The notes beneath the pieces are model-generated. The model was not told where the DNA came from. It was given only the letters and a program-made list of their open reading frames with translations, and did no database searches. Shown here piece after piece: positions 30,835 through 40,164 of a DNA stretch of 64,000 bases (its first letter is position 1; each line of letters starts with the position of its first letter). The position numbers were made by a program, and so were the translations under genes. Where the stretch lies: the IMG/VR virus record IMGVR_UViG_3300044731_002337, positions 1 through 64,000 of that record, one strand, 5' to 3'.

Positions 30835-31326
30835 TTATCGGACAAAAGGGGCGATGACGAGGTAAAGAAACCAAAAGTAGATGATGAAGGAGAATGGGAA
30901 TGGTAAATGAGCTACGGTCCCATGATGAAGTGGAATAAGGTTGGAAGTGTTCCATGGAATAGTATACCAACAAGGTTGAAGGGTTGAAATATTCGATTCG
31001 GTAGTCTCCAACGTAGCAAATGCATTGGTATGATTAAATGGTGAAAAGCGTGGGCGTAATAGTTCCACTTCATACACGGATACATTGTAATGAGATCGTT
31101 CACAGATTTGTTGACGTAACGAGCGTTTACAGCATTTACCATCATGTTGCATGGTATAGCATTCCGGGAGATGGCATTCAGTAATTGGAAAGCAGTACAT
31201 CGTGTAGTAATGTTTGTAAACTCGAGTTACTTTCGTGGAATGAACATGGCATTGATCTTGGTATTGCCATAAGTATTGGGCGCTGAGTAAGAGAATGGCG
31301 GAAACAAAAAACTTGGTAAGGATCAT
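30835..31326 (-). CDS. Cys-rich membrane protein with hydrophobic segments at both ends
   Basis: 163-aa ORF, N- and C-terminal hydrophobic segments. Confidence 0.65.
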   Translation of the reverse strand: MILTKFFVSAILLLSAQYLWQYQDQCHVHSTKVTRVYKHYYTMYCFPITECHLPECYTMQHDGKCCKRSLRQQICERSHYNVSVYEVELLRPRFSPFNHTNAFATLETTESNISTLQPCWYTIPWNTSNLIPLHHGTVAHLPFPFSFIIYFWFLYLVIAPFVR

Positions 31327-31341
31327 GTTGTGTGATGGGGA

Positions 31342-32820
31342 TCAATGGGAGGTTGGATCGGGGATATTAGGACAAAATGGAATTCGGGAGGCATGATAAA
31401 ACATATGACATGTTCCATCACATTGGAAACCATTCTCATGAATATATTGGAGCATGGCAAAATGATTGCGTTGTGCAGCAAGTTGTTTCTTGGGCCATGA
31501 ACAACCTAAACTTTGTAAATAACGTACGACTTTCATTTGATTATTGTTAATGGCTTGTTCTAGTAGACTATAATGGGGCGATTGTAATCCTAAGCGAGTA
31601 CAAATATCAGTGTGTCCACGAGCTAATAAGCCGGAATACGATATGTAATTGATGGGTGCTTTCCGTCCATTATCAATGTGTGTCATGGTATCATCTGAAG
31701 TAACAAAAGGATGAGATTCCAAGTAGGTGATTAAATGTTCACAATGAGGTAATGAGGAAATGCCCATCAAGTCATTCCAACGCCATGATTTTAGGTTACC
31801 GCAGGTTTGCATGACAGTGTTACCGCAGGTTTGCATGACAGTGTTACCGCAGGTTTGCATGACGTTGTTACCGCAGGTTTGCATGACATTGTTACCATGT
31901 GAAAGTAAATGCTTAATCATTTCGTGTCGCGGCTCATCATGGGAAAATAATCGTTTGACAAATTCTTCATTAATCATTCTGGGTGTCCATAAATGAATAA
32001 ATAAATCAATGACGTTATATTGTATAGCATTGTGAATGTAAATGTGGGTATACTCTTGGAAACGGTTCGGCTGTGTGGGATACATTTCTTCGTAGTGGTC
32101 TCTGAAAAATTGGTAAACACCAAGTGAGGTAATGTGTTGTGCAATAGTTTTGAATTCTTGTTCTATAGTATCATTGTACCCATTCAAAGTGCCAAGGTTA
32201 CTCTTCATGAACTTGAGCATTTCCAGACTATTATGTTTAGCCGCTTCCACATAGCAGTTAAATGTGAATGGTTGACTTTCAGGTTGAAAAGGGAGTAGCT
32301 TGCAAAGAATAGTCATGTCATTGGCACGGACACAATATTTCATATCAATGTGTAATTGACCATGATGATCGATGACGAATTGAATCATGTCTATATTTCG
32401 ATGATGAATGGCATATTGTACTACCGAATTATCCCAGAAACATCCTTTTTCATATGCTTTTTGGAGAGTATCTACATGATTCCTGGCGGCGGCTTCACGA
32501 CAAAAATCAACCTGTTCCAAGTTGTATGGTGGGAAAATGGTGCATTGATTGTGAACAAGACGGTGAAACGCGGCGTAAGAGGTGGGGTTGAGGTATGATT
32601 CTACAAAGGGGATATCCAAGTATTTATCTAATGCTTCTAATGCTTTTCGTTCATGATGTACATTGCGACCACTAAACAGATCGAGTAATAGTTCTTTATG
32701 AGTAGGATTAAACGAAATCAAGTCATCTAGAGTAGTGGTGGTATCTATACATTGTACTCCTAGAGGTGTGTGATTACCAAATTCGAGTGTAACATGATGA
32801 ATACAAATAGTAAAGACCAT
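31342..32820 (-). CDS. Ankyrin-repeat protein with shared N-terminal YLDIP domain and internal GNxVMQTC repeats
   Basis: FGNHTPL..LEALDKYLDIPFV; EKGCFWD, LGCSWP. Confidence 0.82.
   Translation of the reverse strand: MVFTICIHHVTLEFGNHTPLGVQCIDTTTTLDDLISFNPTHKELLLDLFSGRNVHHERKALEALDKYLDIPFVESYLNPTSYAAFHRLVHNQCTIFPPYNLEQVDFCREAAARNHVDTLQKAYEKGCFWDNSVVQYAIHHRNIDMIQFVIDHHGQLHIDMKYCVRANDMTILCKLLPFQPESQPFTFNCYVEAAKHNSLEMLKFMKSNLGTLNGYNDTIEQEFKTIAQHITSLGVYQFFRDHYEEMYPTQPNRFQEYTHIYIHNAIQYNVIDLFIHLWTPRMINEEFVKRLFSHDEPRHEMIKHLLSHGNNVMQTCGNNVMQTCGNTVMQTCGNTVMQTCGNLKSWRWNDLMGISSLPHCEHLITYLESHPFVTSDDTMTHIDNGRKAPINYISYSGLLARGHTDICTRLGLQSPHYSLLEQAINNNQMKVVRYLQSLGCSWPKKQLAAQRNHFAMLQYIHENGFQCDGTCHMFYHASRIPFCPNIPDPTSH
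31795..31896 (-). repeat. Tandem 24-bp unit GGTAACAMYGTCATGCAAACCTGC x4 (family 2), in frame
   Basis: 24-nt periodicity; encodes GN(N/T)VMQTC. Confidence 0.95.
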
Positions 32821-32854
32821 TTTATTGTTGTAGAGTTTTTTCTTGTGCTTGTGT

Positions 32855-33286
32855 TTATTGAGTCGCAGCTAATTTGAGATACCAGTTTGTGACGGATTTG
32901 AATGCCTTGAGAAATTTGTATTTTTTCTGGGAAGCTTGATTGATTTGTTGTAATAAAGGGTTATGTTCAACAACATGTACTAGTTTGTTCTCATCATAGT
33001 GTTCAAACGCTTTGAATATCGCAAGTCGAGCCTCATCAGAGGGAAGGCTGTGTACCAGTTCAACACAATAAGGGTTTGATCTAACGAGTTCCCAAACAGG
33101 TGATGACCAAGGATCCTCGTCCACAAGCATGGAGGGTTCAAAGTCGTCTACATGAAGAGGTATTGTCTTTTTGTTGGACTTTTTTCGCTTAACCACTGTG
33201 AAACCATCTTCATCATCATCAACTGGTATATCCGCCCAAGAAGACATTTTTTTGGGTTCGGATGGTTTCGCAAATTCACATCCCAT
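32855..33286 (-). CDS. Hypothetical protein
   Basis: ORF with SWADIPVDDDEDGFTVVKRKK; start at the second ATG avoids divergent overlap. Confidence 0.65.
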   Translation of the reverse strand: MGCEFAKPSEPKKMSSWADIPVDDDEDGFTVVKRKKSNKKTIPLHVDDFEPSMLVDEDPWSSPVWELVRSNPYCVELVHSLPSDEARLAIFKAFEHYDENKLVHVVEHNPLLQQINQASQKKYKFLKAFKSVTNWYLKLAATQ

Positions 33287-33315
33287 ATTACTTATCGGAA
33301 AAAACAAAGAGGTAA

Positions 33316-33630
33316 ATGGATCCAAACTTAATGGTGGAATTGTTGAAAAGTACTAGTATATTATATGAGACATGTATCGAATTCCACTTTGCAGATTATT
33401 CCGTAAGATATTCGTATGAGGATGTAAGAAAGATTTTGAGGTGTTTGAAACATATTCAGTGTGAACAGATTGCAATGAAGCATTCGGTGGTAGGATATAA
33501 TATTTTATTAATTTCATCAGTAATTGTGAAGCATGATATGGAATTTGCTAAACCTTTAAATTGTTTACAAAAGTTATTTTCTTCCGAGTCATCCCATTTA
33601 ACTCGATTGTTTATGGATCCATCGTATTGA
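33316..33630 (+). CDS. Hypothetical protein
   Basis: 104-aa ORF filling the gap; start uncertain. Confidence 0.45.
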   Translation: MDPNLMVELLKSTSILYETCIEFHFADYSVRYSYEDVRKILRCLKHIQCEQIAMKHSVVGYNILLISSVIVKHDMEFAKPLNCLQKLFSSESSHLTRLFMDPSY

Positions 33631-34171
33631 ATAGTATACAATAATGACAAGGGATATCTAAGATGAGTACTAGCCGGTGATTCCGTTGTAATCCATGAAC
33701 ATCAATTTTCTTATCTTGGGAGGAGATGAGACATACACTTTGAAAACCTTTGAGAGTACCTTGTCGAAAAGCTAAAGGTTCACGGTCCTTGAAAAGATGA
33801 TACATTCCATCTCGAAGAAATATTTTAGACTTGAGGATTCGACTAAAGATATATAAACAATCGTCTTGTTCATAATAAAAAATACCATCATTTCGTTTTG
33901 GATTTGATATGATATGTACGCGTCTACAAGGATAGTGTGATTGTAGAATACAAGGCATGTCTGGATGGGAGTTTTCAAATCGTAGTGTGCGATTTACAAA
34001 TAGAATGGCGGTGGAAGGTCTTATTAAATGGTTATAATAGGCAACATTGGTAGTATATGTTTCATCATCTGCTTCTCCTTGTTGATGTAAAACATAATTT
34101 AGTAACGTTTGTTTGATGTGTAATTTTTCTTGCATTTCAGAAAGTCGTTTCGTAAGATAAGATTTGGACAT
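33611..34171 (-). CDS. Hypothetical protein
   Basis: ORF from MSKSYLTKRL, no recognised motif. Confidence 0.6.
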   Translation of the reverse strand: MSKSYLTKRLSEMQEKLHIKQTLLNYVLHQQGEADDETYTTNVAYYNHLIRPSTAILFVNRTLRFENSHPDMPCILQSHYPCRRVHIISNPKRNDGIFYYEQDDCLYIFSRILKSKIFLRDGMYHLFKDREPLAFRQGTLKGFQSVCLISSQDKKIDVHGLQRNHRLVLILDIPCHYCILFNTMDP

Positions 34172-34229
34172 GTAGATTTTTTTTTGGAATTCATAAACTA
34201 GAAAAAGAAAAAAAAACAGTAGAGTGATC

Positions 34230-35249
34230 ATGAAAGATCGGATAAACTTTTCAGATGAGGATTATTTTCGGGATGCAGCAAATAGTGTGAATAAACATCC
34301 TATAGGTACAGATACGACAAAGACACTGATTCGTAAGAAAATAGAAGCTTACATCACATTAGATCCAAAATATGAAACTCGTGATATATTAGAAAAGTTA
34401 AAGGGTTCACATTGGAAATATACTAAGAAGGATAAAGAGAATCCTATTCAAGCGAAACCCAAAGCTCATCGACGGATCATGGTAAAATATATTCGCCGTA
34501 TGCTAGAGGTAGCTACCTGTCTCCATGGATATGAGCATTTAGAATTCTTGAATAATGGTATGTATGGTGTAGCTTGCATTGTGAAAAAGGAAGGTAAAAC
34601 CTATGTGGCGAAATTTACATTGGCGAATGACAAGTTACTTCACGAATTAGCCATTTTGAAAAAGTTTAGTGAGGCGGGAATTGGAGTACGAATGATTGAA
34701 TATTGCTTTGTATCGATTCAATATATGATCCATGTTGTTGGTATTATTATCATGGAAAAAGTGGATACAACTATGGATCGATGGTGTGCAGAAGTGGCAT
34801 TAACAGCTCATCAAGTGAATGATTATGTGTTACAACTATTACATGCATTGGAGGTAATGCGTGAGAAGAGTATGGGCCATCATGATTTGCATATTGGTAA
34901 TATTGGAATTAATAAGGGCCAAGGTGATGCATTTAAAATTATGTTGATTGATTTTGGACGTGGATCTTTATCCCATTTCTTAGATTTGAATGCCTTGTCA
35001 ATTATTCGTTCTGTAGCGTTTGAACCTATAGATGAGCCCATGAAATCGAATGTTGCCATGTTACAAAAGTGTATGATTCATCATTATGCCAAGTTCAAGT
35101 TACCTTATCCTATTGAGCAATTTATCTATAAAGATTCTAAACGACTAAACTATACGCCAATCAATGAGTTGTTCGAACAATTGAGTGATAAGTATTCTGT
35201 TTCTACTGAAAGGCGACGTGAAATAGAAATGGTCTCTAATGCAACTTGA
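34230..35249 (+). CDS. Divergent protein kinase
   Basis: GMYGVAC, YVAKF, HHDLHIGN, LIDFG. Confidence 0.82.
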   Translation: MKDRINFSDEDYFRDAANSVNKHPIGTDTTKTLIRKKIEAYITLDPKYETRDILEKLKGSHWKYTKKDKENPIQAKPKAHRRIMVKYIRRMLEVATCLHGYEHLEFLNNGMYGVACIVKKEGKTYVAKFTLANDKLLHELAILKKFSEAGIGVRMIEYCFVSIQYMIHVVGIIIMEKVDTTMDRWCAEVALTAHQVNDYVLQLLHALEVMREKSMGHHDLHIGNIGINKGQGDAFKIMLIDFGRGSLSHFLDLNALSIIRSVAFEPIDEPMKSNVAMLQKCMIHHYAKFKLPYPIEQFIYKDSKRLNYTPINELFEQLSDKYSVSTERRREIEMVSNAT

Positions 35250-35285
35250 AAAAAAAAGAAAGATAGATAGAAAGAAAAAACAAAA

Positions 35286-36368
35286 ATGGGTGATTTATTT
35301 GATGAGGATTTTGGGAATAAGACTTCAACATATGTTCCATCACCTGACAAGCCAAGACCAAAGTTTGAGTTGATGCCTCGTATAACTATCGAATCTCCAA
35401 TGGAAACGACTCGTGTGTATGGGCAAGTGAGTGCAAAGATTCGTCTCAATTCGAGAGATGAAAGTGTTCGAGTACTGAAATATTTATCTCCAAATGCCCG
35501 TGCATGGAATATTCGAGATGGAATGAGTGCTGAGGAGTATTCAGAGGTGATTAGTAAACGGACCATGGCAATGTATATTGAGCACATGTTAAAAGTGGCT
35601 ACGTGTTTAAATGGTTATTCGAAAATGTCCTTTGTAGCGCATGGTAGGTACGGAATAGTATGTAGTGTATGGAAGGATGATAAAGAGTATGCTGTGAAAT
35701 TTCAATTGGCTGATGAGCAATTGTTACATGAAGTAGCGATCATGAAAAAGTGCGATAAAATTGGTGATGTCAGTGCCAAGTTATACGAAGTTTGTTTTGT
35801 CGAGATTGAAACGTTAACAAGTTTTGTGGCGATTATGATTATGGAAATGATTCCAACCACTTTGCGTAATTTATTTATGGAATCAGCATTGGATATACAT
35901 CAGTTGAACTACATTGGATTTGAATTACGGCGACTTTTGGATACCATGCGTAAGGAAAGTTTTGGTCATCACGATATGCATTTGGCAAATATTGGGTATA
36001 GAACCAGTGATTCGAAATTTATATTACTCGATTTTGGACTAGGTTCGTTGAATCACTATACCATTGTGAATTCATTATCATTACTGAGAGGTTTATGTAT
36101 ACCCGTTCAAGATGCAACTAATTTTTATAAACGAAATTGTGGTCTATTGTTAAAGTACATCGCTGATAATAGTGAAAAGTTTGGATTGGCTAAAACACCA
36201 CAGGATTTTTATAACAACTTTGGTGGCGTAGGTGCAAAGAATGTCGAATTCAAGATCATTGATAAGATATACCACAAACACTACAAGAGATACGAATTGA
36301 GTGCAGAAAAACAAGAGGAGATTGAGGTGGTGAATCGAAATGCTGAACTTTATTTTGCAGATGAATAA
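35286..36368 (+). CDS. Divergent protein kinase (tandem paralogue)
   Basis: GRYGIVC, YAVKF, HHDMHLAN, LLDFG. Confidence 0.82.
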   Translation: MGDLFDEDFGNKTSTYVPSPDKPRPKFELMPRITIESPMETTRVYGQVSAKIRLNSRDESVRVLKYLSPNARAWNIRDGMSAEEYSEVISKRTMAMYIEHMLKVATCLNGYSKMSFVAHGRYGIVCSVWKDDKEYAVKFQLADEQLLHEVAIMKKCDKIGDVSAKLYEVCFVEIETLTSFVAIMIMEMIPTTLRNLFMESALDIHQLNYIGFELRRLLDTMRKESFGHHDMHLANIGYRTSDSKFILLDFGLGSLNHYTIVNSLSLLRGLCIPVQDATNFYKRNCGLLLKYIADNSEKFGLAKTPQDFYNNFGGVGAKNVEFKIIDKIYHKHYKRYELSAEKQEEIEVVNRNAELYFADE

Positions 36369-36374
36369 AAAAAA

Positions 36375-37019
36375 ATGTCAAAGAAAGCCAAAAAGGAAAA
36401 ACAGGAGGAAAAGGAGTTTTTAAAAAGTTATTTCCCCCATGTATATATACGTAAACAAAATGTAGATGCTTCATCCATTATTGTTAGACATATTAATGAT
36501 ATCATGGAAGCAGCAGGGGAATCTTGTGAAGGGTATGACCAAGTAAAGCATGTAGTGACAGGAAAGTTGGATGCCGAATTTTCTATGCGACACATCAATA
36601 CAAATGAAATTGTATGTATGCGTGTTCGTCAATTTGAGACGGTAGATGAGGGTGAAGAATGGGTAAAAGCTATGTATAATCTTAGAAAACTTTCGGATAT
36701 GAACATTGCATGTCGAATTGACTCTTACTGTTTGAAGAAAATAGATACACCTGAATTATTCTTGCTCTTTGGCATGTGCATTATGGAGCGTATTACGGAT
36801 ACACCAGTACTGAGATGGTTTGAAGGGCTACCCAAGCAGGAGGTGGATAAAATGATATTGTTATGTGAACGTCACGAGCAATCCAAATTAGTGTTATTAC
36901 ATAATTTCAATGTTCCAGATCAATTGGTGGTGAATGTTTGTGGCGGTATGATTCAGACTTTTAAAACTCCAAAAGGGATCCGTAGTGTACTCATTCCTAA
37001 GCTGGATTTTGAATTATAA
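36375..37019 (+). CDS. Degenerate kinase-fold paralogue (probable pseudokinase)
   Basis: N-lobe similarity (CEGYDQVKHV, GMCIMERI) but no HxD or DFG. Confidence 0.55.
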   Translation: MSKKAKKEKQEEKEFLKSYFPHVYIRKQNVDASSIIVRHINDIMEAAGESCEGYDQVKHVVTGKLDAEFSMRHINTNEIVCMRVRQFETVDEGEEWVKAMYNLRKLSDMNIACRIDSYCLKKIDTPELFLLFGMCIMERITDTPVLRWFEGLPKQEVDKMILLCERHEQSKLVLLHNFNVPDQLVVNVCGGMIQTFKTPKGIRSVLIPKLDFEL

Positions 37020-37872
37020 ATAAAGCTTCTACCCCAGAATGATCTGATAACATGTCTACATGATTAACTTGACAATGAAGACATGTCATATGATAAGTAA
37101 TAATATAATCTACACTTCTAGCTATACCTTCCTCTGTATAATTAGTAGCTGGTCTTGAAACTAGTAGTAATATATCTGTACCTTTGATGATTTGATGCAG
37201 ATAGTGATGTTGAACTTGATCAAATGCATCACCGTTCAAATCGCCACACAGAATGACATGTTGAAGTTGGTGCAAACTAATATAGTCTTGAATTTGTTTC
37301 CATTGATGACATTTGATTAGTGTAGCTCTAGTATCATTGGCAGAGTAGTCAGATTGCACATGTGTGTTAATGATATGAACCTGATTTTGGATGGTGATGT
37401 GTTGAAATCCTTTATCTGCGAATTGGTCGCTGTAGATTCCGGGGTGAGTAAAACTGATATTGGTATGATACGTGATGGGTTGTTTGGAGAGGATGACAAG
37501 TCCACTATCTACCAGTTTACGAGAAAAAAATGGTGGATCATTTGGAATGGCAAAGTAAGGGAAGCCGGAATGGGAAATAAGATAATGTGTTCGTAAAGCA
37601 AATGTGGAAAATACTTCTTGTAAACATACGATATCATAATGAGGAAAGTGATGAGTCATAAGTTCTTCAAGTCGTTCATTTTTGGAATCCCACGTTTCAT
37701 ATTCGTCTACAATGCCCCAACTTCGCATAAAACAATTCAAGGTGAGAATGGATAGGGTAGGTTTATTATTATAGGAAGGTAATGGCCTAGGTTTACGAAA
37801 GAAAGGAATGGTAAAAGCAATCCAAAACTTGAACAATAATACTGGAAAACCAAGAAGGTACAGCCAAAACAT
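36997..37872 (-). CDS. Endonuclease/exonuclease/phosphatase family, neutral sphingomyelinase-like, N-terminal membrane anchor
   Basis: LTLNCF, DIVCLQEVF, DSGLVILSK, DQFADKG, NTHVQ, CGDLN, DYI, SDHSGV. Confidence 0.85.
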   Translation of the reverse strand: MFWLYLLGFPVLLFKFWIAFTIPFFRKPRPLPSYNNKPTLSILTLNCFMRSWGIVDEYETWDSKNERLEELMTHHFPHYDIVCLQEVFSTFALRTHYLISHSGFPYFAIPNDPPFFSRKLVDSGLVILSKQPITYHTNISFTHPGIYSDQFADKGFQHITIQNQVHIINTHVQSDYSANDTRATLIKCHQWKQIQDYISLHQLQHVILCGDLNGDAFDQVQHHYLHQIIKGTDILLLVSRPATNYTEEGIARSVDYIITYHMTCLHCQVNHVDMLSDHSGVEALFIIQNPA

Positions 37873-37937
37873 GTTTTTTTCTTTTCTTCTCTTCTAAACT
37901 GCCTGGGATCTTGTGGGTTTATGACTTTTATTTAATG

Positions 37938-39179
37938 TTAAGGAACATGAATGGAAAGTGTTTGATCGACGTGAAGTTTGCAGATGATGCATGTAGGATG
38001 TGTATGAAGGGCGGAGCAAGAGGGACAAGATACGAGATGTTTGCACGGAAGATTTAGGATGGTTCTTGGGGCATCACAGCAGATGAGACATGCAATGGAG
38101 TTGGAAGAGTGGTTATAAGCGTGTTGTCGAGTGAATATTTGGTGTAGTAGGGTTGCAAATGGTTGTTGTTGTAGTCTTTCGTGAGAGGGTGGATCAGGTG
38201 ATTGTAAGAGTTCATAAATTTCGTGTTGATAAATGTGTGTGGCTGGTAATGAAATGGATATATTCCATCTTTTTTGGAAATATGTTTGAATATCTAATGG
38301 AGTAAAAATGGTAGAAAGTGGGTTGGACTTGTGTCGAGTCATATCATAAATAACCATATCATGACACTTTTGTTGAAACGGCGTAGGATTACCACTTATT
38401 ATAACATGTTCTTCCACTTGTGGTCCATAACCATAATGAGCCAACACCATTCGAAGATGCTGTAGAAATCCTGAAAATGATGGATACTCAATAGAAGAGA
38501 GCCAGATTGTTCCTTGTGCATCCCGGTTGAATTTGACAACATAGCTAAATAGGTTGATAAGTTCAAGAGGTAGCGTATAGATGTATTTGTCAATGTAGGT
38601 GAGCAGAAAAAGGTAGTCAGAAGTGCAACAAAGTATAATTGCCCATATGCATGCCAAAGTAGTGGAAATATATTTTCTTTGGGCAAAGAGGTATCCTAAT
38701 AAATGAAATTCTGGATGCATGATGAACGCGTGAGCAAATATGTAACGAGGGGCCACGGGAGGTATATTCAAATGGTAATTGATCAAAAGTAAACCTCGTC
38801 GCATATAATGAAAACGTGGTGAATTGACGAGTAAAGATATTAGTTGAACAAAGTTGGAGAATCCTAATATGTGTAAAGGCTCATACGGATATGACCATAA
38901 TTGGAACATGGTAGATGATTCAGAAACATCCAACATCATCGTTATGAATATAACATATAGAGGCAAGTACTTTAATGCTACCAGTCCAATGATAAGTTGT
39001 TTGAGTAATAGTATCATGATTCTTGTATTCTTGGAAAAAGGTAATTGGAAGCAATAAAGGGAAAGGAACCGTAGTAAGATAATAACTCCAAAGGGAATGA
39101 TTGGTTCTCTAATGGGTACCGCATCATAATAAGGAATAATTGAATATCGTACGCATGATAACCAAGAGTTGCAATGCAT
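37938..39179 (-). CDS. Multi-pass membrane protein with C-terminal RING finger (putative E3 ligase)
   Basis: CLICCDAPRTILNLPCKHLVSCPSC..CIIC; hydrophobic N-terminal half. Confidence 0.8.
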   Translation of the reverse strand: MHCNSWLSCVRYSIIPYYDAVPIREPIIPFGVIILLRFLSLYCFQLPFSKNTRIMILLLKQLIIGLVALKYLPLYVIFITMMLDVSESSTMFQLWSYPYEPLHILGFSNFVQLISLLVNSPRFHYMRRGLLLINYHLNIPPVAPRYIFAHAFIMHPEFHLLGYLFAQRKYISTTLACIWAIILCCTSDYLFLLTYIDKYIYTLPLELINLFSYVVKFNRDAQGTIWLSSIEYPSFSGFLQHLRMVLAHYGYGPQVEEHVIISGNPTPFQQKCHDMVIYDMTRHKSNPLSTIFTPLDIQTYFQKRWNISISLPATHIYQHEIYELLQSPDPPSHERLQQQPFATLLHQIFTRQHAYNHSSNSIACLICCDAPRTILNLPCKHLVSCPSCSALHTHPTCIICKLHVDQTLSIHVP

Positions 39180-39241
39180 TTTTATGTCATCAAAGTTTTA
39201 GAGTAGAGTGACAATGTATACTCATTAGAAAGTTTTTTTAT

Positions 39242-39637
39242 TTATTTTCTTGGTCGTAGTTTCATTCCATGACGCATCATGCTTCTTGTGAGCATTTTAC
39301 TTGGTGTATTCTTCTTCCTCCTTTGTTTTGCCTTGGGGAATAAAAGTTCAAGAATGAGTAATGGGGCCTTGAATTGAACTGCCAAATGGTGATGAATTGA
39401 CTTGTCCACCTCATCCATGAATACATCCGGACGTAGAGTGATGACACGCTGTAAGAGTCTCCACCAACGTTTTCCAATCAAGTAGTTGACCAAATTTAAA
39501 GAGCGTCCTTTTGTTGCAACCTTGTAGTGTTGAATGTCATCTTCACATCGAATGACTCGATCAATCATTTGGTAGTCCGTTTCTGGTTTCCTGTGGTAGT
39601 ATTGTCTCCATACACGCAAAAGTTCATTATTGGCCAT
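39242..39637 (-). CDS. Hypothetical protein with basic C-terminus
   Basis: ORF from MANNELL, ends MKLRPRK; promoter motif 40 nt upstream. Confidence 0.65.
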   Translation of the reverse strand: MANNELLRVWRQYYHRKPETDYQMIDRVIRCEDDIQHYKVATKGRSLNLVNYLIGKRWWRLLQRVITLRPDVFMDEVDKSIHHHLAVQFKAPLLILELLFPKAKQRRKKNTPSKMLTRSMMRHGMKLRPRK

Positions 39638-39676
39638 AATGGATGCAAATGGTGGACGAATCAACAAAAGATCTCA

Positions 39677-39690
39677 GCGGAAAATCCAAA
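39677..39690 (-). promoter_or_regulatory. Putative promoter motif TTTGGATTTTCCGC
   Basis: 40 nt upstream of ATG 39637. Confidence 0.6.
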
Positions 39691-39704
39691 AAAATTTTCA
39701 AAAG

Positions 39705-39777
39705 TACACAAGACGAGACTCGAACTCGTGACTTTTGGCTCATAAGACCAACACTCTACCAACTGAGCTACTTGTGT
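39705..39777 (-). tRNA. tRNA-Ile (anticodon UAU), intronless
   Basis: 73-nt cloverleaf: acceptor ACACAAG/CTTGTGT, TAGCTCAGTTGGTAGA, anticodon arm TTGGT-CTTATGA-GCCAA, GTTCGAGTC; T-runs downstream. Confidence 0.95.
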
Positions 39778-39782
39778 CTCTC

Positions 39783-40044
39783 TCACGTCCAATCATGATT
39801 ATGGATGATGGATTTGTCACATAGCTTATAGTCAATTAAAAACTGTTCGATGCGATTACCATGTGATCCTTGAAGTTGAATCACAGTTTGATTCATGTCG
39901 TTTTTAAGTAAAGCGCCACCCACATTTAACACTAGTTTTAAGCATTTCAAAATCTTCTTGTAATCCATATCGTCTGGTAAGTGTTACACATTTTTTTCCG
40001 TTACGTTGTTGAACACGAATATGAACTCGGGCGGTATGATTCAT
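39783..40044 (-). pseudogene. SUI1: eIF1/SUI1 split by a frameshift
   Basis: VHIRVQQRNGKKCVT in one frame, LPDDMDYKKILK..VIQLQG in another; about 4 conserved residues missing at the junction. Confidence 0.8.
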
Positions 40045-40114
40045 GTTCTTGGTTTATTGATTTTCTTTATTCTGGGGAAATTTACAATCGGAGTTAATTA
40101 ATTAATTTTTTTTT

Positions 40115-40127
40115 TTTGATTTTCCGC
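40115..40127 (+). promoter_or_regulatory. Putative promoter motif TTTGATTTTCCGC
   Basis: 38 nt upstream of ATG 40165. Confidence 0.6.
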
Positions 40128-40164
40128 TGGGGCTGGTTCTTCGTGTTGAAAAATAAGTTTTAGA

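Noticed and set aside
39975-39990. Programmed +1 frameshift at CTT-A in eIF1
   Set aside because: It lacks the Ty1 CTT-AGG-C context, and the product would still miss a conserved strand; a deletion is simpler.
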